DNA of 64,000 nt, taken from contig JACJZD010000006.1 of NCBI GenBank assembly GCA_020635795.1, positions 36,073 to 100,072 on the forward strand, in the 5' to 3' direction. The DNA comes from Flavobacteriales bacterium. GTDB lineage: Bacteria > Bacteroidota > Bacteroidia > Flavobacteriales_E > Vicingaceae. Each line of letters begins with the position of its first letter. The stretch's first letter is position 1. Position numbers and translations under genes: made by a program. The notes under the pieces were generated by a model. The model made no database searches and had not been told where the DNA came from. It worked only from the letters and a program-made list of their open reading frames with translations. Shown piece after piece: positions 1 to 8,529 of this stretch.

Positions 1-166
1 ACTGTTTCATACCGTATTCATCAGCACCATAATTGGCGGCTTTTACCGAGTCAAAAACTGGTTTATTCATGTCGTTGGTTTCAGGTTGTATTTCTGTTTG
101 GGTTTCAGGTGTGTTTTTACAAGCAAAAACACTTGCTAACAGTAATATGATTAAAGCTAATCTCAT
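1..166 (-). CDS. lipoprotein, N-terminal fragment (gene continues past window start)
   Basis: Minus-strand ATG at 164-166 overlaps the usp stop (ATGA). Translates MRLALIILLLASVFACKNTPE..., a signal peptide plus lipobox Cys. Truncated by the window edge, so absent from the ORF track. Confidence 0.5.
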   Translation of the reverse strand, partial: MRLALIILLLASVFACKNTPETQTEIQPETNDMNKPVFDSVKAANYGADEYGMKQ

Positions 167-597
167 TTGATAGGCACAACCAAAACAGGAATGTTTGCTT
201 TTTCTAACAACGATTCATCGGTGCTTACCATAAAGGTTTTATGGAAAAAACCATGTTTGTGTTTTCCAATTACAATTAAATCAATAGCCAATTTATCGGT
301 TAATTCTACAATGGTTTCAATGGTTGTTCCTTGAACTAACAAGCCTTCGGCATTGATGTTTTTTTCTTTTAATTGTGCAGTAAACCCTTGCAACAACTTG
401 TGTTCGTTACGTAAATCTTTTGCCAACACATCTCTAATATACTGCGGACCAACTTCATAACCAATAAAATCAGGGTTTGGAGCTGCAACATGCACCATCC
501 ATAATTTTGCTTTAAACTTTTCTGCTATTTCTGCAGCTTTGTTAATTAACAGTTGCCCTTTTTCTTCAAAATCGATGGTTACGAGTATGTTTTTCAT
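163..597 (-). CDS. universal stress protein (UspA family)
   Basis: 144 aa. N-terminus MKNILVTIDF and C-terminal LIVIGKHKHGFFHKTFMVSTDESLLEKANIPVLVV match the Usp alpha/beta fold and nucleotide-binding region. Confidence 0.85.
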   Translation of the reverse strand: MKNILVTIDFEEKGQLLINKAAEIAEKFKAKLWMVHVAAPNPDFIGYEVGPQYIRDVLAKDLRNEHKLLQGFTAQLKEKNINAEGLLVQGTTIETIVELTDKLAIDLIVIGKHKHGFFHKTFMVSTDESLLEKANIPVLVVPIK

Positions 598-720
598 ATG
601 TTGATATTTATTTGTTTTTTAATAGGTTATATGGAATTCGCTTATCATCATTTGTGTTTGTATCGAAATTTCGTTATGCTCATTTCATAGTATTGGGTAT
701 TATTTGTTTCACTTTTTTTC

Positions 721-755
721 TCACCATCCTTCGACAAGCTCAGGATGACAATGAG
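721..755. repeat. short intergenic hairpin repeat (CATCCT-N11-AGGATG; tcgacaagctcaggatgaca family)
   Basis: Near-identical units at 31074-31098 (same orientation) and 54459-54482 (reverse orientation, gtcattctgagcttgtcgaagaat). Confidence 0.7.
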
Positions 756-763
756 CTAGTCTA

Positions 764-791
764 GCCCCTCCTTCGGAGGGGATGGGGAGGC
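764..791 (-). repeat. hairpin/G-tract element copy 1 (sense form on minus strand: GCCTCCCCATCCCCTCC-GAA-GGAGGGG)
   Basis: CCCCTCC (765-771) TTCG GGAGGGG (776-782), followed by ATGGGGAGG. In gene sense it starts 2 nt after the TAA of the carboxyltransferase gene (stop at 794-796). Confidence 0.8.
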
Positions 792-793
792 AT

Positions 794-2335
794 TTACAAC
801 GGAATATTTCCGTGTTTCTTTTTTGGTAAAACAGCTACTTTATTTTCTAGCATTTTAAATGCTTTAATCAGTTTTTCTCTGGTTTGTTCGGGTTTAATTA
901 CTTCATCAATATAACCACGAGCAGCAGCGTTATATGGATTAGCAAACATTTCAGCATATTCGGCTTCTTTTTCTTTCCATTTTGCTTCCGAATCAGCAGC
1001 TTCTGATATTTCTTTTTTGAAAATGATTTCAGCAGCACCTTTAGCTCCCATTACAGCAATTTCAGCCGATGGCCAAGCGTAATTCATATCAGCACCAATG
1101 TGTTTCGAGTTCATTACATCGTAGGCACCACCGTAAGCTTTACGGGTAATTACAGTAATTCTAGGAACGGTAGCCTCGCAGAACGCATACAATAGTTTTG
1201 CACCGTTGGTAATAATAGCATTCCATTCTTGGTCAGTACCTGGTAAAAACCCTGGAACATCTTCAAACACTAATAAAGGAATATTAAATGAATCGCAAAA
1301 ACGAACAAAACGAGCTCCTTTTTGAGACGATTTAATATCTAAAACTCCCGCTAAAAATGCTGGTTGGTTGGCAACAATTCCAATAGATTTTCCTGCTAAA
1401 CGAGCAAAACCTACCACAATGTTTTCAGCAAAATCTTTGTGTATTTCGTAAAACGAATTTTCGTCAACTGTTCCTGCTATAACCTCTTTAATATCGTAAG
1501 GTTGATTCGCATTTTCTGGTATAATAGTGTTTAGTGCTGGTCGTAATTCGTTACCCTTTTCGTAAGGAATACTTGGAGCATCTTCCTCACAGTTTTGAGG
1601 CATAAAACTCAATAGGGTTTTTATTCCTGAAATACACTCCAATTCATTCGCATACGTTAAATGTGTTACCCCCGATTTAGTAGAATGTGCCGAAGCTCCA
1701 CCTAAATCTTCTGAGCTAACTTCTTCATGTGTAACTGTTTTAACCACATTGGGTCCTGTAACAAACATGTACGAGGTGTTTTCAACCATCATAATAAAAT
1801 CGGTTAAAGCAGGAGAATAAACAGCACCACCTGCACATGGCCCCATAATGGCTGATAGCTGTGGAATTACACCGCTAGCCAACGTGTTTCTATAAAAAAT
1901 ATCGGCATAACCACCTAAACTTACTACACCTTCTTGAATACGAGCACCACCCGAATCGTTTAAACCAATAACTGGAGCACCGTTTTGCATTGCCAAATCC
2001 ATCACTTTACAAATTTTTTCAGCATGAGCTTCGGCAAGCGAACCTCCCATTACGGTGAAATCTTGAGAAAAAACATAAACCAAACGACCATTTACGGTTC
2101 CGTAACCAGTTACAACTCCATCGCCCAAGAAAACCGTTTTGTCCAACCCAAAATTGGTTGAACGATGTGTTACCAACATACCAATTTCTTCGAACGAACC
2201 ATCGTCTAACAAAAAATGAATACGTTCTCTGGCTGTTAATTTTCCTTTTTTATGTTGTGAAGCAATTCTATCAACACCTCCAGCAATTTTTGCTTCTTTT
2301 ATTTTTGCCTCTAATATCGCGGTCTTATCTGTCAT
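794..2335 (-). CDS. acyl-CoA carboxylase carboxyltransferase (beta) subunit (propionyl-CoA carboxylase beta / methylmalonyl-CoA decarboxylase alpha family)
   Basis: 513 aa. Carboxyltransferase motifs [29 protein letters not shown] and [11 protein letters not shown] are present. Confidence 0.9.
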   Translation of the reverse strand: MTDKTAILEAKIKEAKIAGGVDRIASQHKKGKLTARERIHFLLDDGSFEEIGMLVTHRSTNFGLDKTVFLGDGVVTGYGTVNGRLVYVFSQDFTVMGGSLAEAHAEKICKVMDLAMQNGAPVIGLNDSGGARIQEGVVSLGGYADIFYRNTLASGVIPQLSAIMGPCAGGAVYSPALTDFIMMVENTSYMFVTGPNVVKTVTHEEVSSEDLGGASAHSTKSGVTHLTYANELECISGIKTLLSFMPQNCEEDAPSIPYEKGNELRPALNTIIPENANQPYDIKEVIAGTVDENSFYEIHKDFAENIVVGFARLAGKSIGIVANQPAFLAGVLDIKSSQKGARFVRFCDSFNIPLLVFEDVPGFLPGTDQEWNAIITNGAKLLYAFCEATVPRITVITRKAYGGAYDVMNSKHIGADMNYAWPSAEIAVMGAKGAAEIIFKKEISEAADSEAKWKEKEAEYAEMFANPYNAAARGYIDEVIKPEQTREKLIKAFKMLENKVAVLPKKKHGNIPL

Positions 2336-2441
2336 CTATTTGTAATTTATTGGGTTAAAATAACAAGTGTAAAAATAATTAATACAAAATGAATTTCATA
2401 GCAGAAATAGTAATTTAGTCGAACTCTTATTGCACGAATTT

Positions 2442-3887
2442 ATGGAAAACGAAAACAACAATCCGTTACAAGACAATCAACCCGACGAACAACTTAAATT
2501 TAATTTAAAGGAGTCGTTTAAATCGTTGGTGGTTTATTTGCAAGAAATCATTAACATTAGAGATGGTGTTGATGTGGAAGGTTCTGTTCAAGCCATTAAA
2601 AACGACATTGATTTTAAAGGAGTTAACATTTGGATTTTAGGAGCATCCATTGCAATTGCATCTATTGGTTTAAATGTAAACTCTACAGCAGTAATTATCG
2701 GAGCCATGTTAATTTCTCCATTAATGGGTCCAATTGTAGGTATAGGTTTGGCGGTTGGTGTAAACAATGTAACCATGCTGAGTCGTTCGTTAAAAAGTTT
2801 AGGCACAGCGGTGTTAATTAGTGTGTTGGTTTCAACCATTTATTTTTTATTAACTCCATTTGGTGAGGTACAGTCAGAATTAATTGCACGTACTCGTCCA
2901 ACACTGCTGGATGTGTTAATCGCTTTTTTTAGTGGAATAGCGTTAATTGTAGCAAAAACTAAAAAAGGAACTATTGCAAGCACGCTATATGGTGTTGCTA
3001 TTGCTACAGCCTTAATGCCACCACTTTGTACTGCTGGTTATGGTTTGGCTAATGCAAATTGGCAGTTCTTTTTCGGCGCATTTTATCTGTTTTTAATCAA
3101 TTCGGTATTCATAATTTTAGCTACATGGTTGGTAGTAAAATATTTGAGGTTTCCACTTACCACATATATTGATGATGCTCGCCAAAAAAAAGTAACCAAT
3201 TACATTTTAATTTTTTCGGCAGTAGTCCTTATTCCAAGTGGTTTTACTTTTTGGGGGTCTATTCAAGAAAGTATTTTTAAAAAGGATGTGGAAAACTTTA
3301 TAGCTCAAAACTTTGACATTGAAGGAAGTGAAATTATCAGCAAAAAAATAAACTACAAAACTGAAGAAGGCGACAAATCATCGATAGAAGTGTATATTAT
3401 TGGAAACAATATTGATGCGGCTACCGAACGACGTTTATTAAAAAAAATGCCTGAATATGATTTACAAGGCGTAAAACTTAAAATTCATCAAGCAAAAGAC
3501 AATTCGAATGAATTAGCCAACAAATTGAGTAAAGAGGTTCGTTCTGGAATTTTAGAAGATATTTATCGTAAAAACGAAGAAGCGATAAAAGATAAAGATG
3601 AGAAAATAAGGTTGTTAGAATCTCAAGTTAATTTATTATCGCACAACGATGTTCCTTATAACAACCTAAAAAAAGAGATAAAATTACAGTACCAAGATGT
3701 AGTACAAATGGAGTTTGGAAAAACCATTGCTACCGATTTTAGCGAAAAGCAAGATACCATTGCCACTTTTTTAATTCGTTGGAACAATCAACTTAGCGAC
3801 GAACAACGTCGTGAAAAGAAAAATGCATTACAAACTTGGTTGAGAGTTCGATTAAACGATGAAAAAGTAAGGGTAATTAATTATTAA
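2442..3887 (+). CDS. DUF389-type polytopic membrane protein with soluble coiled-coil C-terminal half
   Basis: The ORF opens at TTG 2430; the first ATG is 2442 (MENENNNPLQ). It carries the signature stretch GAMLISPLMGPIVGIGLA and several TM helices, and the C-terminal ~200 aa are hydrophilic. Confidence 0.7.
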   Translation: MENENNNPLQDNQPDEQLKFNLKESFKSLVVYLQEIINIRDGVDVEGSVQAIKNDIDFKGVNIWILGASIAIASIGLNVNSTAVIIGAMLISPLMGPIVGIGLAVGVNNVTMLSRSLKSLGTAVLISVLVSTIYFLLTPFGEVQSELIARTRPTLLDVLIAFFSGIALIVAKTKKGTIASTLYGVAIATALMPPLCTAGYGLANANWQFFFGAFYLFLINSVFIILATWLVVKYLRFPLTTYIDDARQKKVTNYILIFSAVVLIPSGFTFWGSIQESIFKKDVENFIAQNFDIEGSEIISKKINYKTEEGDKSSIEVYIIGNNIDAATERRLLKKMPEYDLQGVKLKIHQAKDNSNELANKLSKEVRSGILEDIYRKNEEAIKDKDEKIRLLESQVNLLSHNDVPYNNLKKEIKLQYQDVVQMEFGKTIATDFSEKQDTIATFLIRWNNQLSDEQRREKKNALQTWLRVRLNDEKVRVINY

Positions 3888-3979
3888 GCTTTGTTTGAGG
3901 CATTAATGGTTGAGTAGTTTATTTGATTAGTTTTGTGCATGGTTTTCAGTAGTTCAATAAACTGAAAGATGAACGGTAT

Positions 3980-6160
3980 ATGATACTAATAAATATTTTT
4001 GAGACAAAATTGCCGTTAACCAATCCGGTATTATTGTTTTCGTTGTTATTGTTTATCATCCTCTTTGCTCCATTAATTTTAAATAAGCTTAAAATTCCGC
4101 ACTTAATCGGGCTTATTATTGCAGGAGCAGTTATTGGTCCTAACGGGCTAAATTTAATGCTCAGAGACAGCAGTATTGTTTTGTTTGGAACTGTGGGATT
4201 GCTGTACATCATGTTTTTGGCAGGACTAGAAATGGATCTTTTGGATTTTAAGAAAAATCGTACAAAAAGCTTAGTTTTTGGTATTTATACATTCACAATT
4301 CCTTTTACGTTGGGGTTTTTAGTAGGACACTATTTTTTACAATATTCCACAATAACCTCCATTTTATTAGCAGCAATGTTTTCTTCACACACGCTTATTG
4401 CATATCCTATGATTAGCAAGTTAGGTGTTGCAAAGAATAGAGCTGTAAATATTACCATTGGAGGAACAATCATTACCGATATTTTAGCTTTACTGGTTTT
4501 AGCTGGAGTTGCTAGTGTTTCTTCAGGCGAAGTTACCAAAGGCTTCTGGTTAAGCTTATCTGTTTCAGTTCTTATTTTCGGAATAATTGTTTTGTTTCTT
4601 TTCCCAATTATTGGGCGTTGGTTTTTTAAACGATTCCATGATAATATTTCGCAATATATTTTTGTATTAGCTATGCTTTTTCTTGGTGCATTTTTAGCCG
4701 AATTTGCAGGAATAGAAGCTATTATCGGAGCGTTTCTTGTTGGGTTGGCGTTGAATAGGGTAATTCCTCACACATCACCCTTAATGAATAGAGTAGCATT
4801 TATAGGTAATGCACTTTTTATTCCATTTTTTTTAATAGGAGTAGGAATGCTCATTGATTATCGTGTCTTTTTTAAAGATTTTGATACAATAAGAGTTGCC
4901 ATAACGATGATTGTAGTTGCTACAACATCTAAGTTTTTAGCTGCTTGGTTAACTCAAAAAACGTATAAATTTTCGGCTGACGAAAGAAGATTAATTTTTG
5001 GATTAAGTAATGCTCACGTAGCAGCAACTCTAGCTGTGGTTTTAGTGGGGTACAACATAATTTTAAACAAAGCAGAAATTGCTAAAGCAGCTCTTTTAAA
5101 CCAAGTAGTTGAACCAGTAAGACTTTTCGATGAAAACATCTTAAATGGAACTATTCTGTTGATTTTAGCAACATGCACAATTGCAGCATTTATAGCACAA
5201 AAGGGAGCAAAAAACATTGCTTTATTAGACACTAATGAAGGGCAAACAGAGGTAATCAAAACTGTCGAAAGAATATTAATACCATTAAGCAACATAAATA
5301 CTACGGATGAACTAATTAATTTAAGTGTAACAATTAAATCCAAAAAGAATAAAAAAGGCCTTTATGCTTTAAACATTATTGATAATAATTTTAGTGATAG
5401 TGATGCTGAAAAGAAAGGTATAAAATTGATGGAGAGGGCTCATTTAGCTGTTTCTGCCACAGATAATTCTATCCACGAATTGATACGCTACGATTTAAAT
5501 ATTGTAAACGGAATTTCGAGTGTGGTGATGGAAAATAAAATTACCGATTTAGTGCTTGGTGTTCATAACAACACCAACATTTCTGATTCTTTTTTGGGTC
5601 ATTTTACTGAAGGTATTTTAACCAAATGCAACACTACAACACTAATATATAAAGCCAATCAACCATTAGAAACCATTAAACGACATTTGGTTGTTGTACC
5701 AGAAAAAGCAGAAATAGAAATTGGGTTTTCTGCTTGGGTAAACAAAGCATGGAATATTGCCAAAAACACCAATGCTAAAATGGTTTTTTATGCAGTAGAA
5801 GAAACATTAAACGAGCTGAAAGCAATACACGAAAAAAACCCGATAGAGGCTGAATTTGTTCATTTTAATGATTGGAATAATTTTCTTATTCTTACCGAAA
5901 AAATTAAAGAAGATGATAATTTAATAATCATTTTAAGCAGAAAGGAATACTTGTCATATCACAACATTATGCCTAAAATTCCTTCCTTTGTTAATACTTA
6001 TTTTAAAACAAACAGTTTTATTATTATTTATCCTAAGCAAATGGGAGTGAACGATTTATCAACACTTAATCTAAAAGATACCTCTCCAATTGAGCCAATG
6101 GAAAAATTAGATGAAATAGGTAAAACGTTGATTAACATTTTCAAAAAAAATAAAAAATGA
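3980..6160 (+). CDS. cation:proton antiporter (CPA-type Na+/H+ or K+/H+ exchanger) with large cytoplasmic C-terminal domain
   Basis: 726 aa. The first ~400 aa are polytopic (HLIGLIIAGAVIGPNGLNL and others); a ~300 aa soluble C-terminal domain follows. Confidence 0.8.
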   Translation: MILINIFETKLPLTNPVLLFSLLLFIILFAPLILNKLKIPHLIGLIIAGAVIGPNGLNLMLRDSSIVLFGTVGLLYIMFLAGLEMDLLDFKKNRTKSLVFGIYTFTIPFTLGFLVGHYFLQYSTITSILLAAMFSSHTLIAYPMISKLGVAKNRAVNITIGGTIITDILALLVLAGVASVSSGEVTKGFWLSLSVSVLIFGIIVLFLFPIIGRWFFKRFHDNISQYIFVLAMLFLGAFLAEFAGIEAIIGAFLVGLALNRVIPHTSPLMNRVAFIGNALFIPFFLIGVGMLIDYRVFFKDFDTIRVAITMIVVATTSKFLAAWLTQKTYKFSADERRLIFGLSNAHVAATLAVVLVGYNIILNKAEIAKAALLNQVVEPVRLFDENILNGTILLILATCTIAAFIAQKGAKNIALLDTNEGQTEVIKTVERILIPLSNINTTDELINLSVTIKSKKNKKGLYALNIIDNNFSDSDAEKKGIKLMERAHLAVSATDNSIHELIRYDLNIVNGISSVVMENKITDLVLGVHNNTNISDSFLGHFTEGILTKCNTTTLIYKANQPLETIKRHLVVVPEKAEIEIGFSAWVNKAWNIAKNTNAKMVFYAVEETLNELKAIHEKNPIEAEFVHFNDWNNFLILTEKIKEDDNLIIILSRKEYLSYHNIMPKIPSFVNTYFKTNSFIIIYPKQMGVNDLSTLNLKDTSPIEPMEKLDEIGKTLINIFKKNKK

Positions 6161-6732
6161 ATTATTTTAACTTTAAAGAAATAGCCACTGCAACCATGGT
6201 TTTGTTTGCTGTTATTGATATTATTGGTTCTGTACCAGTTATCATAGATTTACGCCAAAAAACAGGACATATTCAGTCCGAAAAAGCAAGTTTAGTATCG
6301 TTGGTTATCATGATTTTGTTTTTGTTTGTTGGTGAATCTATTCTAAGTTTAATCGGAATTGATGTCAACTCATTTGCCATTGCAGGTTCGTTTATTATTT
6401 TCTTTTTGGCTTTAGAAATGATATTAGGAATTCGTTTGTATAAAGAAGACGAAAACTCTATAAAAACAGCGTCAATTGTTCCTATAGCTTTCCCATTAAT
6501 TGCTGGTGCTGGAACCATGACTTCATTACTTTCGTTACGCGCCGAATATGCTGTTCAAAACATTGTTATTGCTATTATTGTAAATGTTATTTTGGTTTAT
6601 TTTGTATTAAAATCATCGGCATTTATTGAGCGTATTTTAGGTAAAGGAGGAATAGCTGTTTTACGTAAAGTTTTTGGTGTAATACTTTTAGCTATTGCTG
6701 TAAAACTGTTTAAAACCAACGCAGGATTTTAA
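6157..6732 (+). CDS. MarC family (UPF0056) integral membrane protein
   Basis: 191 aa with about 6 TM helices. The start overlaps the antiporter stop (ATGA). Confidence 0.7.
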   Translation: MNYFNFKEIATATMVLFAVIDIIGSVPVIIDLRQKTGHIQSEKASLVSLVIMILFLFVGESILSLIGIDVNSFAIAGSFIIFFLALEMILGIRLYKEDENSIKTASIVPIAFPLIAGAGTMTSLLSLRAEYAVQNIVIAIIVNVILVYFVLKSSAFIERILGKGGIAVLRKVFGVILLAIAVKLFKTNAGF

Positions 6733-7205
6733 TGGCAAAAATTACCATATATACTGATGGTGCTGCAAAAGGCAATCCTGGAAAAGGTGGTTATGGTGTA
6801 GTAATGATGAGCGGCAACCACAAAAAAGAACTCTCGGAAGGCTTTAGAAACACCACCAACAACCGTATGGAATTGTTGAGTGTAATTGTTGCTTTAGAAA
6901 CAATTATTAAAGAAAATGCTCAAGTAGAAATTTTTTCTGACTCCAAATATGTAGTTGATTCGGTAGAAAAAGGCTGGGTGTTTGGTTGGCAAAAAAAGGG
7001 ATTTAAAGGAAAAAAAAACATCGATCTTTGGCAACGATTTTTAAAAATTTACCCCAAACATCAAGTCAAATTTAATTGGGTTAAAGGTCATGCAGGTAAT
7101 TTGTATAACGAGCGTTGTGATGAATTAGCAGTTCAAGCAGCTGAATCTCAACATCTTTTGATAGATGAAGGATATGAGAATGAAGCTTCGTCAGGCTTAT
7201 TCTAG
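6732..7205 (+). CDS. rnhA: ribonuclease HI
   Basis: 157 aa. RNase H catalytic motifs YTDGAAKGNPG, NNRMELLSVIVALE, FSDSKYV and VKGHAGNLYNERCDELA are present. Confidence 0.92.
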   Translation: MAKITIYTDGAAKGNPGKGGYGVVMMSGNHKKELSEGFRNTTNNRMELLSVIVALETIIKENAQVEIFSDSKYVVDSVEKGWVFGWQKKGFKGKKNIDLWQRFLKIYPKHQVKFNWVKGHAGNLYNERCDELAVQAAESQHLLIDEGYENEASSGLF

Positions 7206-7301
7206 GGTGTATCGCATATTATCAATTGGTTGGTCTAATTTAAAAATTATTTGGGTGTTTTTAGGTAGGTTTACTTAAATTTGTCGACCTTTAAAATTAG
7301 C

Positions 7302-8462
7302 ATGAAAGAATATCCTAATCTAATAAAATCAAAGCTTCCACAGGTTGGCACTACCATATTTACGGTGATGAGCCAGTTGGCAAACGAGCAAAACGCTATC
7401 AATTTGTCTCAAGGTTTCCCTGATTTTAAAGGGGACGACAAATTGATTGATTTGGTTTCGAATGCAATGAAAAAAGGATTAAACCAATATGCTCCTATGG
7501 CTGGTTTAATGGCTTTACGTGAACAAATTGCTCAAAAAACCACAAATCTTTACGGAGTTAATTATAATCCTGACACAGAAATAACCATCACTGCAGGAGG
7601 AACTCAAGCCATATATACCGCTATTGCAGCAACAATAACCGAAGGTGATGAGGTAATCATTTTTACACCTGCTTATGATTGTTATGAACCAGCAATTGAA
7701 TTAAACGGAGGTAAATCAGTATTTGTTCAGTTGTTAGCTCCAGATTATACGATTGATTGGGATCAGGTTAAAAAGTTGATTACCCAACGAACCAAAATGA
7801 TTATCATTAATACCCCGCACAATCCTACTGGTAAAATTTTGTGTAAAAAGGACATGTTGGCCTTGGAGAAAATTGTTGCAGATACTGACATCCTTATTTT
7901 GAGTGATGAGGTTTACGAACACATTATTTACGACAATGAAAAACACCAAAGCGCATGTAAATTTCCAAAACTTGCAGAGCGTAGTTTTATTGTTGCTTCA
8001 TTTGGAAAAACGTTTCACAATACGGGATGGAAAATAGGCTATTGTATGGCTCCAAGCAATTTAATGAAAGAGTTTAGAAAAGCCCATCAGTTTATTGTTT
8101 TTTCGGTAAACACACCTGTTCAGCATGCGTTGGCAGAATACCTTAAAAACGAAAACACCTATTTAGGGTTGAGTAATTTTTATCAGCAAAAAAGAGATTT
8201 TTTTGTAGAGCGAATTAAAGATTCAAAATTTGAGATTTTATCTTCAAAAGGAACTTATTTTCAATTGCTGAGTTACAAAAACATTAGTGATGAAAAAGAC
8301 ACTGATTTTGCTGTTCGATTAACTAAAGAATACAAGCTAGCATCAATACCAGTTTCGGTGTTTTATCAAAAAAATGTCGACGAGAAAATACTTCGTTTTT
8401 GTTTTGCTAAACAAGAAGAGACTTTAGAACGAGCTGCCGAGATATTAAACAAGGTTGTTTAA
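7302..8462 (+). CDS. PLP-dependent aminotransferase class I/II (methionine aminotransferase, YbdL-like)
   Basis: The ORF track opens at TTG 7281; ATG 7302 (MKEYPNLIKSKLP) is the likelier start. Motifs INTPHNPTG and SFGKTFHNTGWKIGY (PLP lysine) are present. Confidence 0.85.
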   Translation: MKEYPNLIKSKLPQVGTTIFTVMSQLANEQNAINLSQGFPDFKGDDKLIDLVSNAMKKGLNQYAPMAGLMALREQIAQKTTNLYGVNYNPDTEITITAGGTQAIYTAIAATITEGDEVIIFTPAYDCYEPAIELNGGKSVFVQLLAPDYTIDWDQVKKLITQRTKMIIINTPHNPTGKILCKKDMLALEKIVADTDILILSDEVYEHIIYDNEKHQSACKFPKLAERSFIVASFGKTFHNTGWKIGYCMAPSNLMKEFRKAHQFIVFSVNTPVQHALAEYLKNENTYLGLSNFYQQKRDFFVERIKDSKFEILSSKGTYFQLLSYKNISDEKDTDFAVRLTKEYKLASIPVSVFYQKNVDEKILRFCFAKQEETLERAAEILNKVV

Positions 8463-8529
8463 AACTCTTCCTAAATAAATTCCTGTTTCCTGTTCATTTT
8501 TATTACTTTCAAACTTTAAAATTTTGAAA

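Noticed and set aside
2588-2839. Many 60-155 aa ORFs in the supplied track lie antisense to, or out of frame within, long well-supported genes. Examples: 2158-2358, 2588-2839, 2630-2821, 3946-4212, 4330-4539, 5014-5343, 6273-6518, 7734-7949, 9056-9250, 9749-9946, 10462-10680, 11549-11779, 12627-12815, 22075-22413, 22558-22893, 28600-28857, 30479-30790, 42767-43105, 48993-49457, 50169-50504, 53203-54298, 57452-58234, 60566-60817 and 62069-62272.
   Set aside because: They are shadow ORFs. Each is fully embedded in a gene with strong motif support on the other strand or frame, has low-complexity or hydrophobic nonsense composition, and has no independent start context.
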